Of a stretch of 64,000 nucleotides of DNA, positions 13,858-26,392 are shown in pieces; position 1 is the first letter of the stretch, and every line of letters starts with the position of its first letter. The stretch comes from Sphyrna mokarran (taxonomy: Eukaryota). The notes beneath the pieces were generated by a model, which saw only the letters and a list, made by a program, of their open reading frames with translations, ran no database searches and had not been told where the DNA came from. The DNA is taken from contig JAGIQG010000001.1 of the NCBI GenBank assembly GCA_024679065.1, positions 104,036,001 through 104,100,000 of the forward strand, in the 5' to 3' direction. The translations under genes were made by a program, and so were the position numbers.

Positions 13858-13940
13858 GGCTGGAATTCTCAGCCAAATCTCCATTCACAGCAGTGGGACC
13901 GGAAAATGCCAGTCAAGGATGTGATTGGCGAATTCTGGCC
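13858..13940. mobile_element. Short MITE, PIF/Harbinger-like
   Basis: Imperfect TIRs ggctggaattc / gaattctggcc, flanked by taa and tat. Confidence 0.5.
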
Positions 13941-16594
13941 TATGGCTCTATTTTGTCTTAAATGTCCATCAAAGAAAAAAATAAATGTAAGTTACAAAAG
14001 AAACAAAATTTGTCTTTGCCTAAACAATTAGCAATAATCATTGAGATTTTTAAACATTGTGTTTAATTGCTGATTATTAATAACATCAAACTCTATCAAG
14101 TCAGGTCAGATTTAATGCAATATTTGCCATAAAATTAGGAAATTTTTTACTGGTCAATTTTTGACATTGCATCCAGCCTTTCAGCATTGTAGTGGCAATT
14201 TTCCATCAAAATATAATATTTCACAATTTAGCTTAATTCAAACAAGTATATAGTGTGAAATAGTGATAAGAGCAATGGTAGCATTACTGCATTAATTTCT
14301 TAATGAACTGACTAACTCATTTCATTTACATGTTTCACATGTCAACAAAATTTTAAACATATCAACATTTCACTGCTATTTCACTCCAGATGGGATAAAT
14401 ATTAATTCTCGATTTGATGCATTTAATTAATTTCATTTTTCACCATAACATTATAAATCTACAACTGAATGTTGTTATACATTAGAAGCAATGTTTATGT
14501 TATTGACATTACATTGAGAATTTAATTACTGATGGAGGCAAAAATAGCATTGCTTACCATCTTTAAGATTCTGTCATTTTTTTCTCATTGACAATAGTAC
14601 AAAGTTTGTCATTTCTTGAGAAAGCAGTGTTGTGGGGTAATTTGAGATGACCTATACTGTCTTTAACTGTAGACAATACAAAACTCATGAGCCAGATACC
14701 TCTGTGTAAAGATGTAACATTTATTTAAAACAAAAACACTGCAGCTGTTAGGAGATCATCAGAAAAATTAAGTTGCTCTAGAATAGAATGGCAGAACCTC
14801 TCCGATCTACATATTAAATTCAATCATAAACAGATCAATTATAGATTTTCTTATTGTTCCTACTTCATATTAATTTAAAATCATTCCCATTCAGTAAACA
14901 TACATCAATAATTCCTGACAAGTTACTCAGCCAATTTTATTTTACTATCTGGCAAAATGATATCTCATTCAACAATTTAATTTGGATGCTAACTTTCATC
15001 TTGGCTGAACTCACTTCCTTTTTGCTATGTAACTAAGGACATTCATGGAAGAGGTAAAAGTGAATATTCCCACTGGTTCATTGTCAAAACTGGATTGATA
15101 CATGATCCTACATCCAGATACATATCTATTGTCTGTCTAGGCAATAAATGTCCCTATTAATAAAGTTGCAAAATGTGTTCCCTCACCAGAGACTTTCTGA
15201 TGTTAATTCTAGTAACTACTGAGGTTCCCAAGCCTTTGGCTTTGAACTCTTTGCTTTTACCATTTTACCTTGCAGTATTTTGCTTTTGGCTTAAATGACC
15301 AACAATTCATTCAATATTTAAAGTACATTTAAAATATCAGCATATGTTTTAAAATCATTATTACTTATTTGGATGCAATAAGAATTAAATATGTTTATTA
15401 TTATAAACTATTTGCTTCATTAGCTTATTATCTTTGTTTCAAGAATCATTTAACTCTGTCAGTGCCTTAAATATTCTGCATAAAAACTTATTAGCTAGTT
15501 AATAATTTTCCTCTTCAAGCAGCATGACCAACAAAAGATTGATTAATCTATGCAATTACTGATCCATCGTCCAATTTTTACCTTCATGTGGCAGTAATTC
15601 TGTCATGTCAGGTTGAATTCTATGTTCCCCTAGCCAGTGACATAGGGATCAGACCTAGTTTTGATCTAGGGTCCTTAGTGTAATACTATTACTGAGTTGC
15701 AATGAACTCTCCCGTAGGCAGCTTCTTGAATAGAAGGAACAAGTGGAACAAGAGAGCATATTAAAAGAGCAATTATCACCAGGAAAACAAAGCAGCAGCT
15801 ATATGGAGGGGCAGGTAGTGTGTGTGTTGAGCCAACAACTCTGAACACACGCCAGGTACAATATTAATTCAGTTCACCCAGTGCAAAGCTAAAGATGGCC
15901 CTAAAATCCAAATCTACAAAAGTGATCTGTAACCATTTTATTTGACACTTTCACAAGCAAGAGGCTGACATCTCCTGAATCAAACAGAAATCTCCTTTAA
16001 AGGATATCAATGAGGGTTTTGTGATATACAAGGAACCACAATTTTAATTTCAAGGACAGTGGAAGAATTGCAAACACAAAATAGCCCCAGACATGTCTGC
16101 CTCTTTTACTTGGCACAATCAGGGAAGACAAGATTGTTCCTCCCGGGCCAGAGCCAGTGTGTTCAAGGCCTCCCCTAAGTTGACTATCATCGTGGTTCAT
16201 CCACCAGGCTCTAACTGCCAGCTGACTGTGTGGATCTATTCAACTATTACCCTTCCAGAAACAGTGCGAAGGCCATTCTGTCCTTGACTGTGACTGAGGA
16301 TTCTTTTCATTATCACCAGAAACAACTTGTACTAGATATGGTTTATATGCAAGAACATGAGCTAGCAGAAGTCAGGTAGACAGAAACAAAAATAGCATTG
16401 CAGCCTTAGCTGCTTTATTTGACAATGATTTGGCAATGTGTGTGTGAGTGTTCCATCTGCCTATTTCTGAGGGAATCTCTGGCCACTGGGCAGATGAACA
16501 TAAAAATTGAGATTGATATCAAAGCAGCTGTAAGGTAGTGTGACTCTCTGCTGCCTAACATTGATCCCACTACTGCCTATTTTTTTATATCACA

Positions 16595-17745
16595 ACTCGT
16601 TGGATCATATCTATTACAAAAGAAGATATATGCAGTCATCTCAGTCCCAAAAGATCACTGCAGGAATTCCTCAAGATATTGCCCTATAAACAACCAGCTT
16701 CAATTCCTTTATTAATAATCTTTCTGTCAAAAAGTCAGACGTGAAAATACTTGCTGATGATTAGACAATGGTCAGTTCCATTCACAGCTCCTTAGGATAT
16801 GAAACCATCTCTTCCCCCCACTCAGCAAGACCTGGAAAATATTCAGGCTTAAGCTGATCAGGGACATTTAACATTCATGCCACACAGTTGCCAGACAATG
16901 ACTCTCCCTAAGAAGAGCAAACCTAACTAATACCTCTAGACATTCAATGGAATTAACATTTAATTTCCAATCCACATTCAAGGGGTTACCATTGCACAGA
17001 AACTTTATTGCATCCACCAACTAAATAATGCGGCTACAGAAACAGGTCAGAAACCAGGAATTCTGCATTGGGTAAATCTCTTGACCCCCAGAACTACTTG
17101 TTATCACCAACAAGAGTACAGGTCAACTGTGTGATAGAACAGTCCCAACTGGACTGGATGAGGGCAACTCCAATATCACTCAATGAACTTGGAACCCTGC
17201 AGAACTAAGTATAAAGTAAAGAGTTAATGGTTATGTTAGTCAGTTTTACTCATGATGAAAGCATGACATTGGAGTCAGGTGACCGTGAGGCTGGAATTGT
17301 CTGAGACCGGAAAACAATATACTTGCCACAAGGCTGTAAATAGTTCCAAATAAATAGTTTCAAGTAAAGTGATGCATTAACGACCTTCAATCCACCCATA
17401 GAATGAGTGGAGACTCATCAAAACATTTGGCAGCCCTATACAACCATAACCATTCATTTCTTCCATTATTAGTGGAATACATTTGTAATGTGTTCAATCT
17501 TAAAGATGCATTACAGCAACAGAAACCAGCATCTTCCAAAGCTGTGATCTCTACTATGTAAAAGGACAAGGGTAAAAGGCATATGGGAACATCACTACCT
17601 GTAAATCATAGAACATGCTATCAAACAACACTATAGAAGTACCTTCACCACGTAGACTGTAATGTTTCAAAATGATTCACCTCCATCTTAAAGGCAATTT
17701 GGGCAGATCTTTGCTGGGGTCAATAACATCCCACAGATGAATTTT
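16595..17745 (+). mobile_element. L2/CR1-group LINE (second family), RT to tail, interrupted
   Basis: TAGIPQD and LADD motifs; colinear with 49095-50110. Confidence 0.7.
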
Positions 17746-17829
17746 AGACAATCTATTTCTACTCTTATTCCAGAAACAAGTGTTATAATGGCTGGATTAC
17801 AAGTAATTTGGAGGGTGTATAAAGGAAAA

Positions 17830-17915
17830 AAAAATGTGGATGCTGGAGAAATTCAGCAAGTTTGATAGCATGTGTGGAGAGAGAATAGAGTCAACATTTC
17901 GAGTCAGGATGATCC
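17830..17915. mobile_element. Penelope-like element terminal remnant
   Basis: tgctggagaaattcagcaag...tgtggagagagaatagagtcaacatttcgag resembles shark PLE terminal repeats. Confidence 0.5.
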
Positions 17916-19265
17916 TGCTTGTTTCTCCAACTTGGAAGTACAGTTGAGTATTAAAAATCCTAATCCCTATCACAGGAGAAAATGCTTACCCAATACAGGA
18001 TTGCAGTTCTCACTTGGTGCTGCTGAGGCAAATCTAGAGTCAGCAAGCATGCTGTACCTTTTGAATTTTTAAAAATGAAAATTCAGTGTGAATAGAGTTA
18101 AATCAACCTAACCTTCAACATGCTGCACTTTCAATCACTAACCGAGCCAGATTTGAATCAAAATGAGCAAGTTTGGTTAAATTCAACTTGAAAATACTAA
18201 CCAGGTCATTCTCAAAGTTCGAGAATGTTTAATTTGATATTAATAAAAACAATTGTGTAGTAATACTGTTACAAGTAAATCAAACTAGACGGGTCACCGA
18301 TTAATCGTAATGTTGATTTTGTAATTCGTTTCTTCTCTTTCAAAAATAATAATCATGGGAATGAATGACTAGACAAATGGAAGTGCAAAAGAAATCAATA
18401 GTACACATCACTAAACCCCAATCTACAATATAATTGCAAACAAGGCTTAACCCTGAAAGAGAACTTGACAGCAAAGAATGCTAAAATTAACTTTCCATGC
18501 AGCAAAAATAGCAAACCTATTGGGAAAGTAATCTTAAAATCCAGGAAAGTAATTTAAACTGCAAGTACGAGATGACACGAATGAGACTGATGAACTTGAA
18601 TATATTTTATGTAGAACATGACTGTTTTTGACAGAACTATTATTTGTATTCATCACAGATTTTCTTTTGAGAAAACTCTTCTGCATTCACTGCAATCACA
18701 GTAACGAAAGAGTAAAATGTTTCTTGGATTGAAAATAAAAAGATGTTCAGCACAACATCCAGGAATTCACGTTTACAAATTATAACTGGTCACTTCCTGG
18801 AACACAATGAAAATAAATTGCTGTCATGTTGCATCAAGATAGTGTTACTTTTATTTTTGTCCATTGTGTATGCTAGAGTGCGAGCAGTGAGACTCTATTG
18901 TAATTAATAATGCAACAATAGTGGGTAAATTTATCATTTCAAAGAGAAAGCAAGTAAGGTGATTCAGTTTAGGGGATCTTTGAGTTTTGGAAACTCGATT
19001 TGTTTTGGTGCACTGTTCACCTGGCAACTGATTATTTTAGATTGTAATTATCAGCCCAAGTAAGAGATGAAAAATGGGTGGCAAGAAAATGCCATTTTAA
19101 AATATATGCTGCTGTATACTTGTTGTCCAATGATAGCCCGACTTGATTTCTAAGCAAGTCCTGAAATGGTGGCTAACACCCCCATCCTAAAAGTAGGGAT
19201 GTTAAAGTTATTTATTAGTGTCACAAGTAGATTTACACTAAATTGTAAGGAAGTTATGTGACAGT

Positions 19266-19595
19266 CCCCTTTTGGAATATTTAAATTGTAATCCCTTCTT
19301 GAAAAATTAAATTGAAAACCCCTGATTGGAATATTTAAATTGTAGTTCTATGTCTAACCAAAACCATGCAGGTCTTGGCTAACAAGTGTTCAAAACTATG
19401 CCAGAAATATAAAATTGTACATTGCAGTTGGGATACAATTGCAAAGTTGCAGTTGGGATACAAATCACATGATCTACTTTAATGGTGGAATAGCACAGAA
19501 GGAAAAAAATAGTGGATTGGGGAAATAAGAATACTGGTCTGATATGGTTTAAAATGGAACACTAGTAAAATGAGAAAATAAGAATACCGGTCTGA
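19266..19595 (+). repeat. Cluster of three short direct duplications
   Basis: ttggaatatttaaattgta at 19272 and 19326; ttgcagttgggatacaa at 19422 and 19447; aaataagaatac(t/c)ggtctga at 19523 and 19576. Confidence 0.85.
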
Positions 19596-20744
19596 ACTTT
19601 TCTTTTTTCCTTCTGGGAGGTTCAACACAATGAATGCTGCCCCCCCCCGCCCACCATCCCAACTTTAGGTTTGAGATGTAAAATCAGCTTCAGGGCACTC
19701 ATTCTATTTATATGAATGCCCAAAGTCTGGATCTTATCTTTTTCATCCGAGTAAACTGCAGTAAGGAGAATGTTTTTACCACAGCCCATGAAGCCAGATT
19801 GCTGACAATCAACAATAGATGAGACATAGACCAGGATTTTACTGATTTGCTGAAATCAATGGACTTTTGAATGACTTGCTGTATTTTATGGCTCTGCACT
19901 CATCCCGACTGGGCAATAAAACTCTGCCCTAAAGCCAGTTGATAATACAGAACTAACAGATGTAAAAAAAAGGCTGGCCTGATTGGAATCCGCTTTTCTT
20001 TTTCTTAAATTTACTTTGAAAAGATCTGGAGGAAAAAAATTATTTCTTCAAATGTTAGTTTAAGCAAACAAAATAGTTCTCAGCCAATCATGGAGACAAA
20101 TGAACCTGAAAAGATGATTATTAATAGGATGGAATTAATGTGAGAAAACAAAAGCTGCTTTAGTATATGATTGCATTATCCAAACGATCCCATTAGCTGG
20201 TGATCACACTTAGTAGCTTTCACTGCAGTAGCTTTATTACTTGCTCCTTGATTAGATATTGTGTAGGCTATCAGCAAAGTCCAAGCAATCACAACACTGT
20301 TATGAAAGCACAGCAACTTCATCTGTTATTATCACTGTGGCTCTTTGAGATTGTCCTTGGTCAGATTTCAGAGACACTGCTGGAGGCAAGGCTGTTGGTA
20401 AAAATTCCCTTTCTATTGAACGTTCCATTAGTATGTACAGTACCGGTTAGCACAAAACTTCGCATAGAACTATCTCAGCATGTTTTGTTGTAATGTGACA
20501 TCACATTGCTGACGGTGTGGACTGTTTATATACAGATTTAACATTAACCCTTTCTACTCCAAATCACACTCAAAACAGTGTGACACTTTATATTTGTGAT
20601 ATTTTCATATTTAAGATCTTCAGAGTTTTCAAATTTAGCCATGGCTACACACTCTATGGTCTAGAAATCAATTGTACTTCCAGATTTAATATAATGAGTG
20701 GCGTGTATGTGATCACTCAATACTAGAAAAGTTTAAGTTTTTAA

Positions 20745-21022
20745 AAAATTTATTTATTAGTCACAAGCAAGGCTCACATTAACACTGCAATAAAGTAACT
20801 GTGAAATTTCCCTAGTCAGCATACTTTGGTTCCTGTCCAGGTCAATGCAGCTAACCAGCATTCTTTCAGACTGTGTGAGGAAACTGGAGCACCCACAGGA
20901 AACCTACAATGATAGGGAGAATGTGCAAACTCCACACAGACAATGACCCAAACCGAGAATTGAACCCAGGTCCCTAGCATTGTGGGGCAGCACGGCTAAC
21001 CACTGTAACACTGAGTCGCCCG
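20745..21022 (-). mobile_element. V-SINE variant with alternative tail
   Basis: V-domain (gtgcaaactccacacagaca) plus ttatttattagtcacaag tail. Confidence 0.85.
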
Positions 21023-21029
21023 CAAGAAG

Positions 21030-22490
21030 TGTGTTAACCTGACCACACTGAGTCGGCTAACCACATTGCTGGGCTCCAGGCTGATTATTGGATGACACGA
21101 GATATCCACTTTCACAGATGGCTCATGAGCTCCTATCATGAACTTTGGCAAAGGCACAGCAATAGGAACCAAACCAGTACATGATATGTTTTTGATTAGT
21201 GTCCTCAAGTAATGATTTTGCTGGCTGGGATGTAGTGGAGATTTACAGTGCAACCCTGACCAGGTATCCAGATTATCTGCTATTCTGAGAGATTGGTCCT
21301 TGTCCCCCACCTGCACTGGTTAAGGTGGAGCTCGGGCAGAAAGGCAGGAATCTCACTCTGTCCCTTGAAGACTTGAAGGTTGAGGCAACCCAGTTCACTC
21401 ACTTACTCCCTAAATTTGAAGCCACCTTTGAGCGGTTAGTCCACCAGTTAAAGTGGCCAGCCCAACATCATCTTCTTTATTCGAGCAGAGTAAACTTTCA
21501 GAGATAGAGTTAAACTTATAAGCTATCTTGCCTGAGGAAAATGCTACGAACTATGGGGCAGTGAAAAGGGCTATTTCTAGTGCTTACCAGTTGGTCTGCC
21601 TCAGGCATTATCAGAAATTCTGTTTCCTCAGGAAACAGCCTCAACAGTCATCTGTCAAATTTGAAAGGCTTAAGTAACTTACTTTTGACTTACAGAAATC
21701 TCCTAGAAATAATTCTCCTTGATGTTTTAAAACTCTATGCCCCTTGCAATAAGACAGACCTAGAGGAGCAGAGAATCACAGGAACACTGGTCGGGAATTG
21801 CAAACTGATCCACAAACCCTTGTCAAGAAGAAGGAAAGTGTCAGAAAGTGCCTAACATTTTCCCTGACTCAGGTAACCTGGTCTATGGCCAAGAAAAGCT
21901 CTGTCAGAGGAAGCTCAAGTGGTAATGCAGACAGAAGACCCTCTGGTCTGGCTATCTACAACCTTTTTGGGAGTCTAGAAGATCTTGAGGAGATAATAAA
22001 TGAATCTTCCTTGGTGGTGGCCCAGCAAGCTGATCCACAGTTTAAAAACATTACTGCTCGCATTGAAGCAGAGACAGTACCTGAATGCTACCACATTAAA
22101 AGTGAAGTACTGATGAGGAAACAGAGACCCTCCTCATAGACCTAAGGCCATAAGATATAGGAGTAGAATTAGGCCACTTGGCCCATTGAATGGTGGAGCA
22201 GACTCAATCATGGCTGATATTTTTCTCATCTCCATTCTCCTGCCTTTTCCCAATAACCCCTCATTAATAAAGAACCTATCTATCTCTGTTTTAAAGACAC
22301 TCAGTGACGTGCAAATGAGGAGTAGACACTGGTCAACCAGATGATGGTGCTGCCAAGTACAATAGAGAAATATTGTGGCAACTTATGAAACTTTAATGGC
22401 TGGGCATATCAGTATACACAAAACCCAGCCTGCATTTCTACTGGGTATTCCTCTACATGGACCTAGAAAGGTTTTGCAGAACCTACCAAG
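21030..22490 (+). mobile_element. Gypsy (Gmr1-like) LTR retrotransposon internal relic: gag and integrase N-terminal region, with an inverted protease-like piece at ~21030-21320
   Basis: FEATFERLVHQLKWP gag motif; AQQADPQ...PECYHIKSEVLMRK and MAGH..I.KT integrase zinc-finger region. The protease assignment is weaker. Confidence 0.7.
22135..22310 (-). mobile_element. CR1 3' tail inserted into the Gypsy relic
   Basis: cataagatataggagtagaattaggcc tail; Gypsy integrase sequence resumes after it. Confidence 0.8.
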
Positions 22491-22780
22491 TTGATTTGAA
22501 TTATTATTGTCACATGTATTAGAATACATTGAAAGATATTGTTTCTTGCATGCTATACAGTCAAAGCACACCATTCATGAAGAAGGAAAGAAGAGAGTAC
22601 AGAATGTAGTGTTACAGTCATAGCTAGAGTGTAGAGAAAGATCAATTTTGTATAAAGTGAGTCCATTCAAAAGTCTGATGGCAGCAAGGAAAAAACTGTT
22701 CTTGAGTTGGCTGATATGTAATCTCGGACTGTTTTGTATCTTTTTCCTGAAGGAAAAAGATGGAAGAAAGTATGACCAAG
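22490..22780 (-). mobile_element. Rex1/Babar LINE 3' end
   Basis: Homologous to 1150-1430 and 48780-49019; LKNSFFLAAIRLLN motif. Confidence 0.85.
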
Positions 22781-24399
22781 GTATAGTGTCAATTTGGTGC
22801 ATTTATATAATTAAGCATCTCATGAAGGGTTTTGAATTCTAACATTCAGGGATGTTTGTGATGATACGTAGCTGTTAGGAGCTGTGCAGAGGTGAGCAGT
22901 TTCTATCTGGAACAGGATCCACAGCATCAAAAAGATTTTGTGTGTTTTTTTTTAAATTAGTGGTTTTGACAAAAATATATTGCACAGCAATGTAATGTTA
23001 ATGATGCTACCATTTCCCTATTTGATCTCTGGTCAACTTGAAGATGCAGATTCTTGTCTTTCCTTCGGTAGCTGTCTTCAGCTCCTGTCCCGCTTCCCCC
23101 CCAAGCAACTAATTGGCCATCGCTCCTGACCCCTCACCAATTTCTGCCTCAACGAAAATGCCAATCACTTCTCATGAACCATGTCTGTGACCTGGAAATG
23201 AACTAAGGCCTAGAATCCCATCTTTGTGAAAATCCAGTCTTTTATTTTCATGCTGTCATTTTCCCTTTTATTGCATGACCTTGGCCGGCAAATCAATTGC
23301 ACGGCACTTTATGGAATGCTTTTCGGAAGTGTACACATCACATCCACTGCATTACCCTCATTAAACCATTCTGTTGCCTCATGAAAAATTCAAATGAAAT
23401 GTTCCATTTGTTGTATTTTTTACTCTGAGGTCAGGTAGAGTTATACCCACCTGAATGAATCACCTTCCCCCATTCTTAAACTTCTAAAATCGGTTTTACC
23501 CCTCGTTGCCGTGAAGTGGAGGCGGCTAACTGAAGCCAACAAATTTCCTGTTTGTGAAACCTGTTAAATTTACCCTCCCCTCTCGCTCTTTAAACAAAGG
23601 AAAAAAATTCAATGCTATATCTGTCTGAGTTTAATAGAATGTTCAAAACAAAAATGCAGGAAGCACAGGAGGTTTAAAATGAATACCTTGCTACAAGGTC
23701 TTCTGGCAGCTTTTCAACAAACGGCTAGGTTTGCCTGTTAGAGGTATTAGACTTAAGCCAGCATGTGATCGAGCACTTGGAGGAAAACTGCTTTTTATTG
23801 CATTCTTAGTCCCTAGGCTAACATGCTTTCCTGGCGGTGACATTAACATTTAGTATTGGAAAAGAATATTAAATTTGGCAGTATTTGCTTAAACCCAGCA
23901 GCCTTGTGACTGATGGCTTTGACAACTGCTTCATTTAATATGCAGGCATGTGCAGCATTGACATCAAAAGGGGAAATAAAAGCTATAAATACTGGAAATC
24001 TGACATGATATCAAACAGAAAAAAAAGGCACAGCAGACAGTGTTTGTAAATGGAAAACATGGGTTCACATAGAATCAACAAGTGAAAGCAATCTGACACT
24101 CATCTCACCTATATGTTGCTCGCCATACTGTGCTCCATTCTCCATTTGCTTTTATTGCCTCAGCTAATGTAAGGAAATAAGCAAAAGTGAATTCCAAATT
24201 AAAAAATAATTGAGAAATAAGGCAAGGCTCTGCCACCTTGGATTGACACGAAAGTGAAAGGTCATCGGGGTTGGCAGGGAATGTGGGGTTGAGGTTACAT
24301 TCAGATCAGCCATGTCCTTATTGAGAGACAGGGTTGAGGGACTGAATGCCTGGCTCTGAATTCATATACCTGCATGTGTGATTGCTAATTTAGCTTGTT

Positions 24400-24660
24400 T
24401 AAACTTTATTTATTTGTGCCACAAGTAGGTTTACATTAACACTGCAGTGAAGTTGCTGTGAAAATCTCCCAGTTGCCACACTCCAGTGCCTGTTCAGGTA
24501 CACTGAGAGAGAACTTAGGATGGTCAACGCACCTAATCAGCATGACTTTTGGACTGTGGGAGAAAAACAAGAGCACCCGGAGGAAACTGATGCAGACACT
24601 GGGAGAATGTACAAACTCCGCACAGATAGTGATCCAAGCCAGGAATTGATCCTTGCCGCT
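24400..24660 (-). mobile_element. V-SINE variant with alternative tail
   Basis: Same structure as 20745-21022. Confidence 0.85.
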
Positions 24661-24735
24661 GTAACTCTGTATTTACCATGGCTAATCCACCTAACCAACA
24701 TAGCTTTGGATTGTGGGAGGAAACTGGAGGAAACT

Positions 24736-24836
24736 CTCGTAGGTTTATTTGTAGTAAATGCCACTAACCTTCGGAGCACTGCTCCTTCATAGATTTACTA
24801 CCAAATAAGCCTGTTGGACTTTAACCTGGCATTGAG
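24736..24836. mobile_element. Penelope-like inverted terminal remnant with truncated hammerhead
   Basis: aggtttatttgtagtaaat ... atttactaccaaataagcct inverted arms. The minus strand has ATGA-AGGAGC-AGT-GCTCC-GAAG. Confidence 0.7.
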
Positions 24837-25254
24837 GCAAGCAATAGTATGTGTTGGCTATATTTCCTATCATGCTGAGAAAGAGCTCTAATAACTGCTC
24901 TAGGTTACTTTTTGAAGCTGTTAATGCTCATAACTACATTTATCTACTTCAAAGTTATTACCATCCATCTCAGTATCAATCTTTAGTATTTAATTACTTC
25001 AATTATTCCACTTCACAGGCTAGAAATACATGGCTCTTCCAGAGTATGTACAGTGTGTAGAATTTAGTGCTTGGAGAATTGCAGGGCTGGAGGAGATTAG
25101 GGGCTGAGGTCATGGTCAGAATTGAATGCAAGTAAGGGAGGTATCATTTTTTTAAAAATTGCTAATGTGGGAGCCAATATAGGCCAGGAAGCACGATGGA
25201 TTTGTGATCGAGGATACAGGCAGCAGAGTTTTGGCAGTTCCCAATTTTATTGAA

Positions 25255-25550
25255 CATCATGGAACTTCTACAGTGCAGAAGGAGGCCATTTGACCCATTG
25301 AGTCTGCACTGACCACAATCCCATGCAGGCCCTATCTCCTTAACACCACATATTTACTCTACTAATCTCCTGAAACTAAGTTTAATTTAGCATGGCCAAT
25401 CAACCCAACCTGTCCATCTTTTTGGACTGTGGGAGGAAACACAGAGCACCCAGAAGAAACCCACGCAGAACAGGGAGAATGTGCAAATTCCACACAGACA
25501 GTGTGGCACTGTGAGGCAGCAGCACTAAACACTGCGCCACCGTGCCACCC
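25255..25550 (-). mobile_element. HE1/V-SINE with CR1-type tail
   Basis: Full tail, V-domain and head (cactgcgccaccgtgccaccc). Confidence 0.9.
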
Positions 25551-25794
25551 AATGTAAGATGGGAGGCTAGGCAGCCAGGAGAGCATCAGAACAGTTGAGT
25601 TTGGAAATAACAACATGATTTGAAAATTTCAGCTGTAGATCTGAGCACAAACCCAGGTCAGGGCTTCATCTGTCTCCCTTTTACTGCAGTCTGATCAGAA
25701 GTAGAACAGCAAAATGCTGGAAGGGCCATGGAAAGACTTGATTTACTTTTTGAATTACTGAACTATATAGCCATTCAATAATTTCAAATTATCA

Positions 25795-26020
25795 GGGCCA
25801 AATTCTCTGATCCTGCTACAGTGATCGGAGATTTGGCTTATCCATTCCCGCTGGCAGCAATGGCAGGGTGTGAACAGCCAGAGAATCCTGGCCGTAGGCT
25901 GGGATTTTCCTGTGATGTTCACCCCAATGTCTTGTCCGACACCAATGGATAGTCTTTGCATTGTCTGCGCACTCCTGCCCGCTACAATTTCTGTGATGGC
26001 CGGGACAAGAAAATTCCCTC
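25795..26020. mobile_element. Two adjacent short MITEs
   Basis: gggccaaattctc...gagaatcctggcc followed by ggctgggattttcc...gaaaattccctc. Confidence 0.5.
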
Positions 26021-26392
26021 TATAATTGTTTTTTTTACCACTCCGTTAATCAGTTGTCTTGTTTCATATTAGTTCTCCATTTCCACATTTGAAAAAAAAG
26101 AAACCTAGCTCTTGTTGCTAGGTTACTCTCTTTGTTGTAAATCCTATAATTTCTAAAATTTTCTATCTAATGTAATCAATGCATTTATGCAGAGGACATT
26201 TGAAATTTTGACAAAGACAACACAGAAGTCTTACAATTACTGAGTATCTCCAAGCATCCACTCAGGATGTGGCATTTACAGCAAAAGTATTATAGAGAGG
26301 TTTGTTGTACATATTCCATTAAATAATAATGGAGTATGAATTCCTTTTCGTGACTATTTATGACAAAGTTGTAAATGCATTTATAAAGATTT

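Noticed and set aside
14558-14666. Minus-strand exon-like segment (ctacag|109 nt|gtaagc)
   Set aside because: Stops occur in all three frames and the acceptor is moderate; it could only be a non-coding or poison exon, which I cannot support.
19266-19595. Repeat-spacer pattern as a CRISPR-like array
   Set aside because: The repeats are different pairs, not one conserved repeat with unique spacers; the context is vertebrate with no cas genes.
23687-23734. 48-nt minus-strand exon-like segment
   Set aside because: Weak polypyrimidine tract and stops in all frames.
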